A DNA stretch of 64,000 nt from Eukaryota sp. GEM-RC1 (taxonomy: Eukaryota): positions 2,356,001 through 2,420,000 of the forward strand of contig JAUFOQ010000002.1 of assembly GCA_040285855.1 (NCBI GenBank), in the 5' to 3' direction. Both the position numbers and the translations under genes were made by a program. Shown here in pieces: positions 1 to 12,608 of this stretch; positions within the stretch are counted from its first letter, which is position 1, and the number at the start of each line of letters is the position of its first letter. The notes beneath the pieces are model-generated. The model was not told the origin of the DNA. It worked only from the letters and a program-made list of their open reading frames with translations, and searched no databases.

Positions 1-850
1 TGATTGATTGGCGAGTGAAGAAAGATTTTATATAAAATAACTTGGTCACTTCTCGGTTGTTTCAATGTTAGTTATTGAACAACTTATGTTTATTTCTAAA
101 AAAAAAATTAAGATTATATTCAAGCAATATCTTCAAAAATAACTGGAATGACTCGACAAACACATGATATACATCATAGAGGCTCTGGAAATACTCTAGA
201 GAAACACTGGACTCAAAATCTCGTTTAATTCTCTTGTTTAATTAATTCTGTCAAGAGATTCCTGTGGAGTCACATCAAGGAATATAATGCTGTTTCTCTT
301 TCTCATAAAATTAGCCATGTTGTTAAACAAGCGGAGATAGGTTTCGCAGCCATGTTATTCCAAGAGTCCTGAGTCTGAGAGCATTTTGGCAAAGACGGAG
401 TCCTTATAGATTGTTCAGTCTCTAATGGAACCACTGATGGAGCCGAAAGATGCCGAACTGAACGCCAGAAGTGGTCATGGCGAATAAAAATCTGTTGAAT
501 CATGTTTCTCGCCTTCTTTCGCAAAACTATGAAAAGAAGAATCAGAGATTCACGAAAAGTTCAGACGTGAAAGTAAGATAAGAACTTCACCGGATCAGAT
601 ACGCCTTTATTGAGATGAACAGCAGAGTATGTTCTACGAAAAGGATTGAGACCGTCAGGTTCTAGATGAATGTTCCGTGTATGATATAGACATAACAGCA
701 AAACCATAAGAGAGGATGAAAAACTGAAAAACAGAACGGGGAAAATAAATGTTGGGGAAAAGATAAATGGGAGGTTCTTGTACTAGTACTACTAGTAGTA
801 GTTTAATCCAAAACGAAATCCCCAGTAGATTCTTCCCCTTACATATTATT

Positions 851-2511
851 ATGACCAATCCCAAAAAAGGCTCCAAGCTGAACAAACCTAAGCGAGAACC
901 AAGGGAACTAACGGAACATGATCCTTCGTCAATGGATTCTCTCCTTGACGAAGTACGTACTACTGTTGAGTCTTACTTCGAACCTCACAAACTTCGTAAT
1001 GATACATGGCTCCAAAGTCATATGGATGATGAAGGATACGTTCCACTCATCCTTCTTGCTTCCTTTGAAAAGGTCAAGTCTCTCCCTGTTGACACCCCAT
1101 TCATAGAGAAAGCGCTACAGGATTCCGAGCTTCTGATGCTCTCGTACAAAGGAGATTCTGGAAATCCCTTTGTTCGCCTACGTAATCCTCTTCCCGCGGA
1201 TAACGATGAATCCGAACTCTGCGAAATCACTAAAATGTCCGTAGACAGCTCCCTCAACGACATCCGAAGACCTTCACTCTATGAAATCTCAAGACACTCC
1301 CCAAGATTCGACAACGATCTTGTCGCCACCTCCCTACCATCATATGCCCACTTTGACACATCCTACGAAGCTCCTGAATCTTGGAAGCAAGTTACCTCCC
1401 GTCGAGCCTCCGTCCTCTCCGTCAATCCTGAAGATGACGATGATGACCAATTCGACATGGATGATCTCAAAGACCAACTACCAACCATCCAGGAAAAGAT
1501 GATGGCTCCCCCAGTCACTCGTCCCCGTGCTTACTCCGAAGCAGATACCATTAAACAGTCTCTGTACTCCATGGATGCTCTTGACGACGTGGATATCGAC
1601 GACTACTACAATGACCCTAAACTTCAACGTTTGGTTGTTGTTACTCCCAAGAAAAAAGAAGGACAAGGCCGGGCCTTCACGCAGAAGTCACAAGGTTGCT
1701 GATCCTCACTCACGAGGAGCTGCCAAGAAGGATATGATTGACGACATTGAAAGTCAGTTGTACTATTTCTATGACTCTGGTACTGGAAGACCTGAAGTTC
1801 CTCAAAAGCTTGAGATTAAGCCAATGGAAGTGAAGAAACCAGTGGTTGATGAGGTTGCTGACCTACCTGAAGATTGGATTCAGACCAAGGCTAAACCTAT
1901 CAAAGCTTCTAGTCAGGAACGTAGAGATTCTGTCTCTTCTGTTAAGTCTAGCTCGCATGTTTCTCATCAACTCCTAGAACCAGGTGGTTTTGAACAGCAA
2001 ACTTACCTCAAGTTTAGAGCTGATTGTATAAGAGATCGCCAACGTTTAGGTATTTTTTGTCTTTTGTTCACTCACCACAGGACCCGGAAAGAGTAGACAA
2101 ATGAACTCGTATTACCGCTTCCTCTGTTACTATCTCCGTAACCATTTGAACATGAAGATGTACAATGAGTTTAAGAACTTAGCTGTACAAGATTACGCTT
2201 CAGGCTATTCATATGGTCTGCAATGCGTATTCAGATTTGCTAGTTTCTTCTTGGAGAAAAACTTTAGTGATCGTATTTTGAAGGAGTTTATGGATTTAGT
2301 GGAGTATGATTACTTCCAAGGGAACAGTTTGTATGGACTAGAGAAGTTTGTTGCTTTCCTCGTATATAGGAAAGACAAGTATCCAATCAAGTTCAGTCCA
2401 CGTTTCCAAGAGCTGTTAGATCTCTATCCAACGCTTGATTCGTTCCCTTCTGTTCGAATGAAGAAGGAGAAACGTCAGCAAGATTGGCCAACATTGGGTT
2501 CTGTTAATTGA
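851..2511 (+). CDS. LARP1: La-related protein 1-like (La motif plus C-terminal DM15 domain); one frameshift (~1650) and one intron (2050-2080)
   Basis: La motif (VESYFEPHKLRNDTWLQSHMDDEGYVPLILLASFEKVKSL). DM15 repeats (HVSHQLLEPGGFEQQTYLKFR...RQRLG^PGKSRQMNSYYRFL...YGLEKFVAFLVY). The 31-nt GT-AG intron restores frame; an extra A sits in a poly-A run near 1652. Confidence 0.9.
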
Positions 2512-2809
2512 TGAAAGGGTTATTCTTAATGTTGTATATAAGTAGAGCAGTTTTTAATTTTTATGTCATATAATTAATTTAATTTCTTCCTTGTAATCTT
2601 AACTTTCATGAACTTTTAGAATTATAGGTGAGCTCGGTGTCTGCTGATCGAACCATCATATTATACATTCCCTCAATCCTAACTGAAGGGAGATACTGGA
2701 AATTCAACTGAGATGATTGTATAGATCTTACTGAAATCTAGAAGCGTGGTATTTCGGCATTAAATGCACTGAAATCATTTTCAAAAACGATATCAGTAGC
2801 AATCGGACG

Positions 2810-3547
2810 CAGCAATGTAAAATAAATAAATATATTGTACAATAACAATAAATATATTTATTGTTATCTTATTGTGACACTCTCTCTCCGCAATATATTT
2901 ATCTTGAAAACTGAACAATATACGATATATTTCAATAAGATAAGATAAGTCAAGAACTTCCATTTTCTTTCTCTAACCAGATTCTTATCTTTATGTCATT
3001 TTCCAAGCGTCCCGCAGATATTGGTGTTCGACCAAAAACGGTTGCTCTTCACTATTTTACAGCTGTTGTTCCTGCTCCAAATCCTCCCATTGCTCAAATG
3101 AAAGAATGAACAAACGTAAACAGCAACGAACTAATCAAGGCCGAAAATATACAGATTTAAGTTGGATTCCAGCAACTAGCAATGAAGTTGAGAGACTTTT
3201 CAGCAGAGCTAAAAGAACTTTAGGAGACACTAGGCCAAATTTGAGCTCAGAAGCTCTAGAAAAGCAACTGTTCTTATTGTACAATATTCTGATCTGTGGG
3301 ATCAGTCAACTATTGAACAAATTTTAACAAAACATCCTGATGTCGAATCTCAACTTAGTCAGGCGCCAGTTGATGAAATTGATGAAATTTTTGTTCTTAG
3401 TGATTAGTTACTGTCGTTATTGAAGATATATTTATTGTTTTGACTCAAGATAACCTATAAATAAGATAAGATATCAGTCCAGAAAATATATTTATCGTTG
3501 GATGTCAGAAAACAATAAGATAACAATAAGATATTTTTACATTGCTG
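2810..3547 (+). mobile_element. Non-autonomous hAT DNA transposon retaining a transposase C-terminal dimerisation fragment
   Basis: 13-bp TIR CAGCAATGTAAAA at both ends; 8-bp TSD ATCGGACG/ATCGGAGG (7/8). Internal ORF 3106-3327 reads IPATSNEVERLFSRAKRTLGDTRPNLSSEALEKQLFL, the hAT dimerisation motif. Confidence 0.9.
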
Positions 3548-3598
3548 ATCGGAGGAGACATGGCATGGAATCCATTGAGTGGATACAATCTTAGTCTC

Positions 3599-4807
3599 AT
3601 GTTCAAGCTTTTGATTGTGTTATTACTTTTGACGCAAGCACTTGCATCGCCTTTGTCAGAATCTCTTCACCAGTATCTCGGACGTATTCATGAAATACGG
3701 TCTCTTGTTTCTCTTGGTTTGTTAAATGACAACAGCATGGTCTTTGAGCACATCTCCAACATCCTAAAAGAAGCCTCTTCCGTCGCACATCGAGAGTTTC
3801 CAGATGAGGAGTCTCTGATCTATTTCGTTTCACACCAAATGTCCTTCTTCTCGAAACTCAGGAAGTCAATGTCATTCCTGGTTCTCATTCAAGTCACTGC
3901 TTCGATTGCTGCCATCACATCTTTCGCCAAGGTTTTTGCTGCTTACATTTGGCCTCCGATTGTCAAGATTTCTAGCTGGATTGCGTCTGTGTTGCGGCTA
4001 GACATTATGTTTCTCGCTTTAGTACGTGAACTCACAATTCTTGTTCTGTTAGCTTACCATCACATGCCCTTCCTTCTCCATCTCTTCTTACAGTTGTCTC
4101 TTTTCCAAATCGGCTTCTTTTCAACAGGTTCTCTGCTGTTCTCATTGTAGTCCTTCTTCAGAACGGTGCGGCTAGTGCATTTTCAACATCACCTAAATTT
4201 TTCAATTTCCTTGTTGTGACTGCCTCCAGTGTTTACTTCACACTCCGACTGCAATCCATCACTCTCGGTGTCTTCTCTGCCATGTCTCTTGTTTCGTCCC
4301 TTGGCTTTGTTATCCATGCATATAACTTAAGCTATGCACTTGGTTATGAATCGTTGTCAGCTATTAGCACTGGACTTTTCTCAAGTGGTGCAATATTGTT
4401 TTTAAGATGCTTGGTTTTACTTTTCGAGAAGTATGGTAATGAAAGAATCATGGAGTTGTTGTCTGTTGTCAATCCTTCCCTATCTCTTTTTGATGCTGGA
4501 TTTTTCCATGTTATCAACTTCGTTTTTTGCCTATCACTTTTGCTGTATTTATGTCTATCAGATCTGCCCCATTTGTTGCGTTTTCTCATTTTTATTCTCT
4601 ATGTAGGTTTTTTCATTGGTGTTGGTATTTTTGTGTGATGTGACAGCTCTTCAAGGGTACGCCTCTGTGTTTTTTGTTATATTCTGTATTGAAGAGCTCC
4701 TTGTCTCGTGTAAGTTCTCCGAGATTGCGTGGTTCTGCTCTTCTATTATCGTTCTCGGATCCGCTGTTGTGGGTAGACGTTTTCTTTTGGAAAAGATGAC
4801 GTCTTAA
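3599..4807 (+). CDS. Multi-pass membrane protein of unknown function with signal-like N-terminus; probable frameshifts near 4100 and 4635
   Basis: Three consecutive hydrophobic ORFs (3542-4150, 4216-4638, 4616-4807) on the same strand; start MFKLLIVLLLLTQALA. Confidence 0.55.
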
Positions 4808-5510
4808 GACTGTAAGAATAAATGTATGTTGGCTTAGTTCCATTGTTAAGCCTATTTCTTCATACATGTAAGGAGAGTACTTGTTTAATTGGGGATATTA
4901 GTCACAATGATCATATACATCATCACGAACAAATGCCATTCAAAGGCGAACGAACTGAGGAGAGAGTGATAATGTACTAGAAATGTTCGTGATGTACATG
5001 GATGTGAAGTAGAACTACATGGTTTGTTGGTAGTTGGTGATGTGATTCACACAGTCTAAAATTTTGATCGGTCCCTAATATTTTTGAGCATGTCATTCTT
5101 GTTGAAGAGAAACCGGTCATCCACTGTTTTCCTAACTACTAGTACGTTCGCTGGTGACCATGATCTTCTACCTTTGCTGCAACTGTGACCAATCCTCCCC
5201 TCAAGATGAATGGGTGGACAACGCTTGTCCTCGATGTGCTGAGAAACACAAACTATGCACCGAATGCCAGATAACTCAAAGAGTTTGGTAGCTTCCTCCT
5301 CCTCCTTTTTGTGCTCCTCCGTTTATTGTTTGGCACTACGATCCTGTTAATAAAATTAGTCTTTCTTTTGTTCCGCTTCAAACACATGGCCATAGAGTAC
5401 CTGAAGAAGTAGAATTGTCAGTTATGAAACAAACTTCAAAAAAACTGAACTAGAAGTGATCGTAAAATTTGTACTGTTCGTCACCAGTTGCTTACTCTTT
5501 GTACTTACAA

Positions 5511-6465
5511 ATGACACAAGATTACTATGATCTCCTAGGAGTTTCTCGTTCTGCTACTGACAAAGAAATATCAAAAGCATATCGCAAACTTGCTCTTAAA
5601 TACCACCCCGATAAAAATCCAAACAATCCTGAAGCTGAAGATAAATTCAAACAAATAGCTAACGCCTATGATGTTCTTAGTAATCCAGAAAGACGTAGAA
5701 TCTACGATCAATTCGGTGAAGGAGGTTTAAAGGGAGGTGTCCATGATTCTTCCACAGGAACACCTTTCTCTGGTTATTCTTTCAACCCAGACTCTGCCTG
5801 GGACATCTTTGAACAATTCTTTGGTGGTCGATCTCCTTTCTCAAGCTTCTTCTCTGATGATACTTCCCCTTTCTCAGCCTTTGGTGCTGGTGGATTCCAT
5901 CACAAGGGAGGCTTTGACCAACAGAAACCTGATGATGTTATTCATGAGGTCCATGTAGATCTAATAGATCTCTTATACGGACGTAACAAAACGGTCAAAA
6001 TGTCTAATCTATCACGTTTCCGAAGCGATGGAACCATGTATACTGAAGACAAGACCTTTAGAGTTGAAGTTCGTCCAGGGTATAAGGATGGTACTAAGAT
6101 TAGATACAAGGGCGAAGGTCCCCAACAGTTAAACACTCAGCGCTCAGACATTGTCTTTATAGTCAGAGTCAAAGCTCATCCTAATTTTGATAGGGACGGG
6201 GACAATCTCTTGACTACTGTGCATATACCTCTCTCAACTGCTTTGTGTGGTGGTGTAATGAACGTACCAACATTAGACGGCAGGGTTCTCCATCAGTCAA
6301 TTAATGAAATCACTGAACCTGGAGCAGAGAGATTGTTGAAAGGGGGAAGGTATGCCTAATCCTAGAACTGGAATTAGGGGTTCTTTGGTAGTCAAGGTTG
6401 CTGTTGACTTTCCAAAGTATCTTTCGGATCATCAAAAAGCGTCTTTAAAGTCAATTTTGAATTGA
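5511..6465 (+). CDS. DnaJ/Hsp40 class II (DNAJB-type) co-chaperone; one-base insertion in a G run at ~6342
   Basis: J-domain with HPDKN, G/F region and C-terminal domain. Removing one G gives [25 protein letters not shown]...ILN*. Confidence 0.93.
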
Positions 6466-6882
6466 TAATTTGTGTAACTAATTATTGTAAAATATTTAAT
6501 ATCACTCGTACTTTGAAAAATCCAAGTTTGAAGTGAATGCTGACAATTCTCTAAATTTTGTCATCAAAACGAAAAGAAGTGTACTATAAATTTTTGTTAA
6601 TTAGAATATCCTTTCAGTTCTAGTTTTTGGAAATCTAGTTCTAAGTTTGAATCAAGGTTTGTAAATTCAAGTTCTAAACAAGATTGTAGTAGTTGATAAT
6701 TTATTGATTAGTACATCATTAGCTGATCAAATGGCCATGTACAGATCAAAACTGGAAAAAACGACATAAAACTCTTTTGAAAAAAGAAAAGATTATACCA
6801 GAAAAGCCGTTGTTTTGTACAAAAAAAGGGCACGTCCAATAAACTGAACTCTTTACCCTCAAATACTTAAATATTTAAAAAT

Positions 6883-8993
6883 TTACTGTGCAAAGTGTCT
6901 AATAATCGATGCTGCATCATACTGATTCAAATCTTCCAAAAATCCTCCTAACCTAGGCCTAGCATCGTGACCAAGCAATCTCCAATAATCAATGAAAAGG
7001 TCTGTTAAGACACCACGAAAAACTTCAAGAAACTTAGGCTGCATTCGATACTGTTCTTCAATGAAGTTAGCTTTCTCAACGATATCTATACAATCAGGGG
7101 AAAAGAAAGACTTGAAATCTGGTTCATTTACGGATAGTTCCTTCAAACCAGATAGAAGTAGATGTTTTCTTGAAACATCAAGCACCAGAGCGTGTTTGCT
7201 TTCTAATTTTTCCAAAAATTTAGAAATACTCAATTTTGAAATATTGACTTTAATATCAATTTGAATAGTGCTTTTAGTCGCATACATTGATACCATCTCC
7301 TTAATAATTGACAGAGCCGTAACATTGTTACTCTTAGCAGTCAGACTTCCACTACAATAAGAAACACGAAGCACATTATCAGAAAACAATGAATTAGAAA
7401 CAATGTCGACTGTTGCATCAGTACTGTGATGTTCTGGAAAATTTAAAAAAGTTGCGACAGCCACCGATGACATTGAGAGACAGGGAAAGATCCACTAATG
7501 GTCACACTGGAAACCAAATCAAGTTGGGACATATCATCTTCTGACATTGAGATTACCTGGTGGAGAGCAAGAGGTCTGAGTTTAAGACAAGTACGAGTAG
7601 CTGGAGCCCAGGTCAACTGTTTTTCACATATTACGGAAATATTCAAATCTCCCGCTGTTCCCTCAATTGATCTAAACAACACTTCAACAACATTGGTCTT
7701 TGTAGATGGAAGCAAAACAGCTAGGAACTGATTCTCTTTTAAATCCTTACCAGATAAGTTACTTGGGGACTTAATAACAGTAAAAGACGTATCATTTGTA
7801 TCAGAGGGATTAGCAAACAACGAAATACCAATTGAGCAAGTGAGGATCACCTTTGAGATTGATGAGTTACCCTCAATTGAAAGTTTGAATGCAGAGAGCG
7901 AAGAAACTGGAATTAACTTAGTTCTAATGCTGGGGGAATTGTTATTAGAGACGGCAACTGAGGCTGTAGAATCCATCTTGGTTTTTAACTTATTGTATTT
8001 ATTTTGTAAATCAGCGACTTCAGCAGAAATCTGTTTGATTTTGGCAGAATTAACAGAGTTCATGTCATTAATTACTGATGATAAGGAATAAACCTTTCCA
8101 TTAATCGTAATCACCATGAGTGTAATAAATGATTGCAGAAACTTACCAGAAGCCAATCCGGTAATTTTTGATTCAAAATCATGATGATAACACTTTCTAA
8201 ATTCAGGAACTCCATCATCAGAGTCATTGAAATCAACGAAAACGAATAACATCCCTGATTCATGACCCGCAACCAAAACTTTGACAGTAGAATCATCAAG
8301 AAAAGGCATATAAGTATGTATTAATTTAGAAATGGGCGAGGGTGACTTTGATTGAGATGGAATAGTCTCAAGGATCTCCAATCTATCAGCCGTGACGTGG
8401 ATGATGACGATTGAGCCATCCTGGAGTCCAGCTGCCACGTTTACAGAGGCAGTTGGGTCAGAAGAAGGTTCAAGGAAGGCACAATGGTCGTGAGAGAGAT
8501 GAACTAGAGAAGAGGGTGTGGAGGGGAGAGACAGGGAGTATAGGACGGAATCTCGAAGTAAAAAGAATGAAGATTCCTCGTATTTATGAAAAGTTGTGTA
8601 GGTGGAGGCAGTCAAGAGGTGACACGTGTCATCCTGAACGAAAGAGAAGAGAATGGGTTCTGTAAGAGAAGTTTCGAACTTCAGAACTTCAGATCCTTTC
8701 TTTGAGTAGCCACAGAGATTGTTACTATGTGCAACAAAAATAGCATAGGTAGAAGACTTGGATTTTCCACCAATTGAAAGAGAAGAAGGCTCAGAGGTAA
8801 GAGGAACTTCGAAAGAAGGAATGAAGTTCTCCTTCTTATAGGAAAGAACACGAAGTGAAGGAACAGAATCGGTCAGAACAAACTTCTGGCATTTCTTGCC
8901 TTTGGAAGCTTGTTCTGAAGGTAGAGCATGTAGAAATGAATTAAAACCACACTGTGTGTGGAACAGCTCTAGATATTGAAAGGGAAAATCCAT
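6883..8993 (-). CDS. BBS7: Bardet-Biedl syndrome 7 protein (BBSome subunit); one missing T in a homopolymer at ~7447
   Basis: Motifs matching BBS7: QKFVLTD, GYSKKGSEVLKFETSLTEPI, FRSIEGTAGDL, LRPLALHQ and the C-terminal LTDLFIDYWRLLG...YDAASIIRHF. Confidence 0.88.
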
Positions 8994-9209
8994 GGGTTGG
9001 GTATTATTATTAGAATTTCGGATTTGAAAAATACCAGTACAGTGCACCGCTGTGGTTAGTTAAACTTGTGGCTTCCAAAGACAGTAGCTTCAAGTCCAAC
9101 TATGTGAAATTAATTCAAAAACTTATTTAATCAATTTTGAATATTACAGTTTATTGAGCTTTACAATCTACTGAAAGGCTGAATATGGAAGCAACTCTTA
9201 CGATGACAA

Positions 9210-10026
9210 CTACTGATGGGAGTGATTCTTAAGCAAGTTTGATAACAGATGACTGTGATATCTCCAAGGAAATTGGTGTTCCTTTGATAAAGTCGATTGT
9301 TCAGTGGAAACAACTGTTGGTGAGGGAGAATTTGCAAATGAAGTACAAATATCATCAACATTGAATAGAGAACTGGATTTTTGGAGCTTATTATGCTTAC
9401 TGTAGGTGACGATGACTTGATCTCCATCATTTGAGACTACTGTTTCTATGACAAAGCGGTCACGAACACAATGAAGAAGATGAAGGGTGATGGATTCACC
9501 GTCAAGCCGCAAGTCATGGTAGGATTCATACACTTGGCATTCTCGTCCTGATACAGTCTTGGTACTGAGTTTCTCAGCATCACTGGGTGGCAAAAGGTAA
9601 ATCACAAAGAGATTAAAAATTGTCCAGCCATCAAAAGTAACGAAATCGCTCAAATCCTCACATGAGCTTGATCCCTTATCTTTGAAGTAGAACGTCCGCT
9701 GATCTAAATTCATGATCCCTTCCCCATCAGAGTCTTTCATGTATACAATTGTGGCTTCTTGATCAACTGCCAACTCTGTTCCTTGGGGTTCGATAACCGT
9801 ATAGACTCGCCTATGAACGATATCACCAAAGAAGAGCACAAAGACGACCACTGCAGCAAGAACTGTAATCAGAACAGCGGCGGCAATGATTCCAATGAGG
9901 GCACTACTGTTCTTCTTCGGCTGATATTGAGGCTGATGAACGATGATGTGTTGAGGGGACTGTTGGGGGAGGATACAAGGCCGGCTGTGCGTGAACCGGC
10001 TGCACTGAGGGAGCTACAGGAATCAT
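9210..10026 (-). CDS. Type II single-pass membrane protein of unknown function; frameshift in a C/G run at ~9960
   Basis: Pro-rich N-terminus (MIPVAPSVQP...), then RRRTVVPLIGIIAAAVLITVLAAVVVFVLFF (TM), continuous with ORF 9210-9851. Confidence 0.6.
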
Positions 10027-10061
10027 TTTCTGAGATAAGCAATCAAATTCAAACGAACATA

Positions 10062-12608
10062 CTCTAAAACATCTAATACAACGCCACCCCCAAATCCACA
10101 TCTAATAGAAGGCCACCCCCTTCGATCAAAAATATTTGCAATATTTCTCTAAAATTTCATGTGTTTTTGACCCAGTGAATTTTCAAATTTGAATTCTTTA
10201 CGACCTTCACATCTACATTTCTGACCGTCCACTTTCTTCTCTTGCAATTTTGACCTACCACTCCTCCCCTTCCTCTCTCCTCATTTCGTACATCGTCATG
10301 TCTTCTTACGCTGATGTACTTCGGAAGATTATGGTGTATTGGTAACTTTTCAGAAAGTCTTCTCGTTGTACGGCAACTTTGTGTCACTGCGTTCTTCTTT
10401 AGTTTCCCAAGAGGATCTCCCGAATCCTACCATTCTTTCTCAATGTTATCTTCCAATCTCTCTAGATTGACTCTCTCCAGTAGTCAAAGAGAGAAGTCAA
10501 GATACTTGACACTGATTTTTCGATAACGGACCTGCTTCTATCAGATCTTCACCTTTGTGCAAAGTCAGCCTTTTCTTTCACTGAAGATGCACTTGAAGCG
10601 AACTCCTGTTTTGTGACTCTAGGTCTCTAGGATTCATTCAGCAAGAGATCGATTTTGTTCCTGTACGATGAACAGTTTATTTCTGTAGTATATTTCTATA
10701 AAGAATTGTTATGTGCCTGCTCAAGTATAGACTCGGTTTTTACTCGTGATCCTACAACAATGTCTCTCTATACTATAAAAGGTTATCATGATTCCAGTGT
10801 ATAAGAAGCTCCAAGATTAACATAGAAATCGGTACATTACATTGTGATTTATGAAAAGATAGGTTGTTTCCTAAGAGGTTCATAGTCGCATTAGTGCTAC
10901 TCGTACAACTGTAGCTCCTTGTGGTTCTACTTGTAGTAGTACAACGCATTCATAGGACATGATAATGAAAAAGAAATCATAAGTACTGGTATAATAACGA
11001 TGCTTGATTCAGAGTGAACATCTATAGGGTCATCATTCTGGAGAAGGTAGAATCAGAATCAAAACGTTCAGAAACTCATCTCTGAAAGTCAGAGCGAGAA
11101 ATTGTCAGTAGAAGATTTTTCAGATCTGATTATCCGTTCACTCTTATCAACACTACAGTTGTTACTCATGAAAAGTACTACAATTACTATTGTTTATGCT
11201 GTCACTGTCGAATTATATGTTGATATCGTGATTCAAAGAACCCATATTTCGCCAGTCTTATAAATAATGTTGTTTTATACATCATGATCATACAACAATG
11301 TCTCTCTATACTGTAAAAGGCTTTCATAACATCTGATTCCGATGAAATCTGTTCATCCTATGTGTCAAACGTCACATTTGACAACATTTTCTTATCAAAC
11401 TCCAAAACTCCACATGTACTTTGTCGTTCATGAACCGAAATGAATGAACTGTTGCTAGCGATAATACAGTCAAAACTGTTTATAGCGTGAAACTCTATAT
11501 AGCGTCTGGGTGCACTTTTCACGGTCCGACATTTTGCTCCTCTTTTCCCATATGACATCCTGTCTGTCGCCTCTATCAGTAGTTCTCTTTGGTAATAAAC
11601 TGTCGTATTGCTGGCGTTCATTCTGATAACATCTTTTGATCAGCAACTTGAAGGTGTATAACCTTCTTTCTTGACTTCACATATACCGGACATATTTCCT
11701 TTGATACACCTGACATCCCCGTCTTAGCTGCCTCGTCAACATCATCCCTTTCACATCTTGCTCATTTCAGATTATCTTTGGTGTTACAGCTTCTAACAAA
11801 TGTAACTCCTCCATCAAAACCCTGTAGAATGTTGATTGACGTACCACAAGAACTTTTTTATCTAGCAACCCTCCATACTCTCCAAAAGAGTTCCCTAAAA
11901 GAGCATAACACATGGTCTAAACCAACACTATAACGTAGACGGAAGATATATTTATGATAAAAAACCTTATTGAATCGTGTTTATGGGGAGAACCAACAAG
12001 AAACTATACAGAACTACCATGAAGCCAAAGAACAAACCCAAATTGATAGGGAAATAGAAGGGGCGATGGAAGATGTAGATCTCGTAGTATCTGGAGATGT
12101 ATCACTCTAACTACTCAGAGAGGAGGGGTGATACAACGTACCTAGGCAGATGCTTGGAAGATGAATCATGTCATTATAGGTTGAAGCGAGATGATCATGT
12201 CTCTTCTTCACTCTTTCATGTCCAAATAGGGTCAGAATGAAGTTACTCCACCAGAACTTCCGTATCAATATTTCCGTAAGCAATATTTCATAAACCTTTT
12301 CAAGGTGGCATAGAGTGTAAAGAAAGGATGTAGAAGGAGAACAAGGAGGAACGTGAATCACAATGGCGAGATATACGCTAGAACAAGAAGGACATAAGAG
12401 AGAAGAAAGGGAAGGTCATAAATGAGGGTCAATAAAAAGATTGACTGGAGCAAAAGATCAAAAAGAATTTGACTTGTCAAGACGAATTCAGAAATTTCAA
12501 ACCGACGGTCAAAAATCCCAGAAGTCAGCAGACAGGTCATAAATCTAATAGAGCGCCACCCCCTAATTTTTGGGGTTTGGGGGTGGCGTTGTATTAGATG
12601 TTTTAGAG
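10062..12608. mobile_element. TA-flanked TIR element (Tc1/mariner-like, non-autonomous) carrying decayed non-transposase coding sequence
   Basis: Perfect 33-bp inverted termini CTCTAAAACATCTAATACAACGCCACCCCCAAA, each flanked by TA. Subterminal copies of ATCTAATAG..GCCACCCCCT lie near both ends. Confidence 0.85.

Noticed and set aside
5056..5392. Possible small minus-strand gene (~90 open codons, EEHKKEEEATKLF...)
   Set aside because: No in-frame ATG, the candidate intron does not fit the -7 branch pattern, and no recognisable homology.
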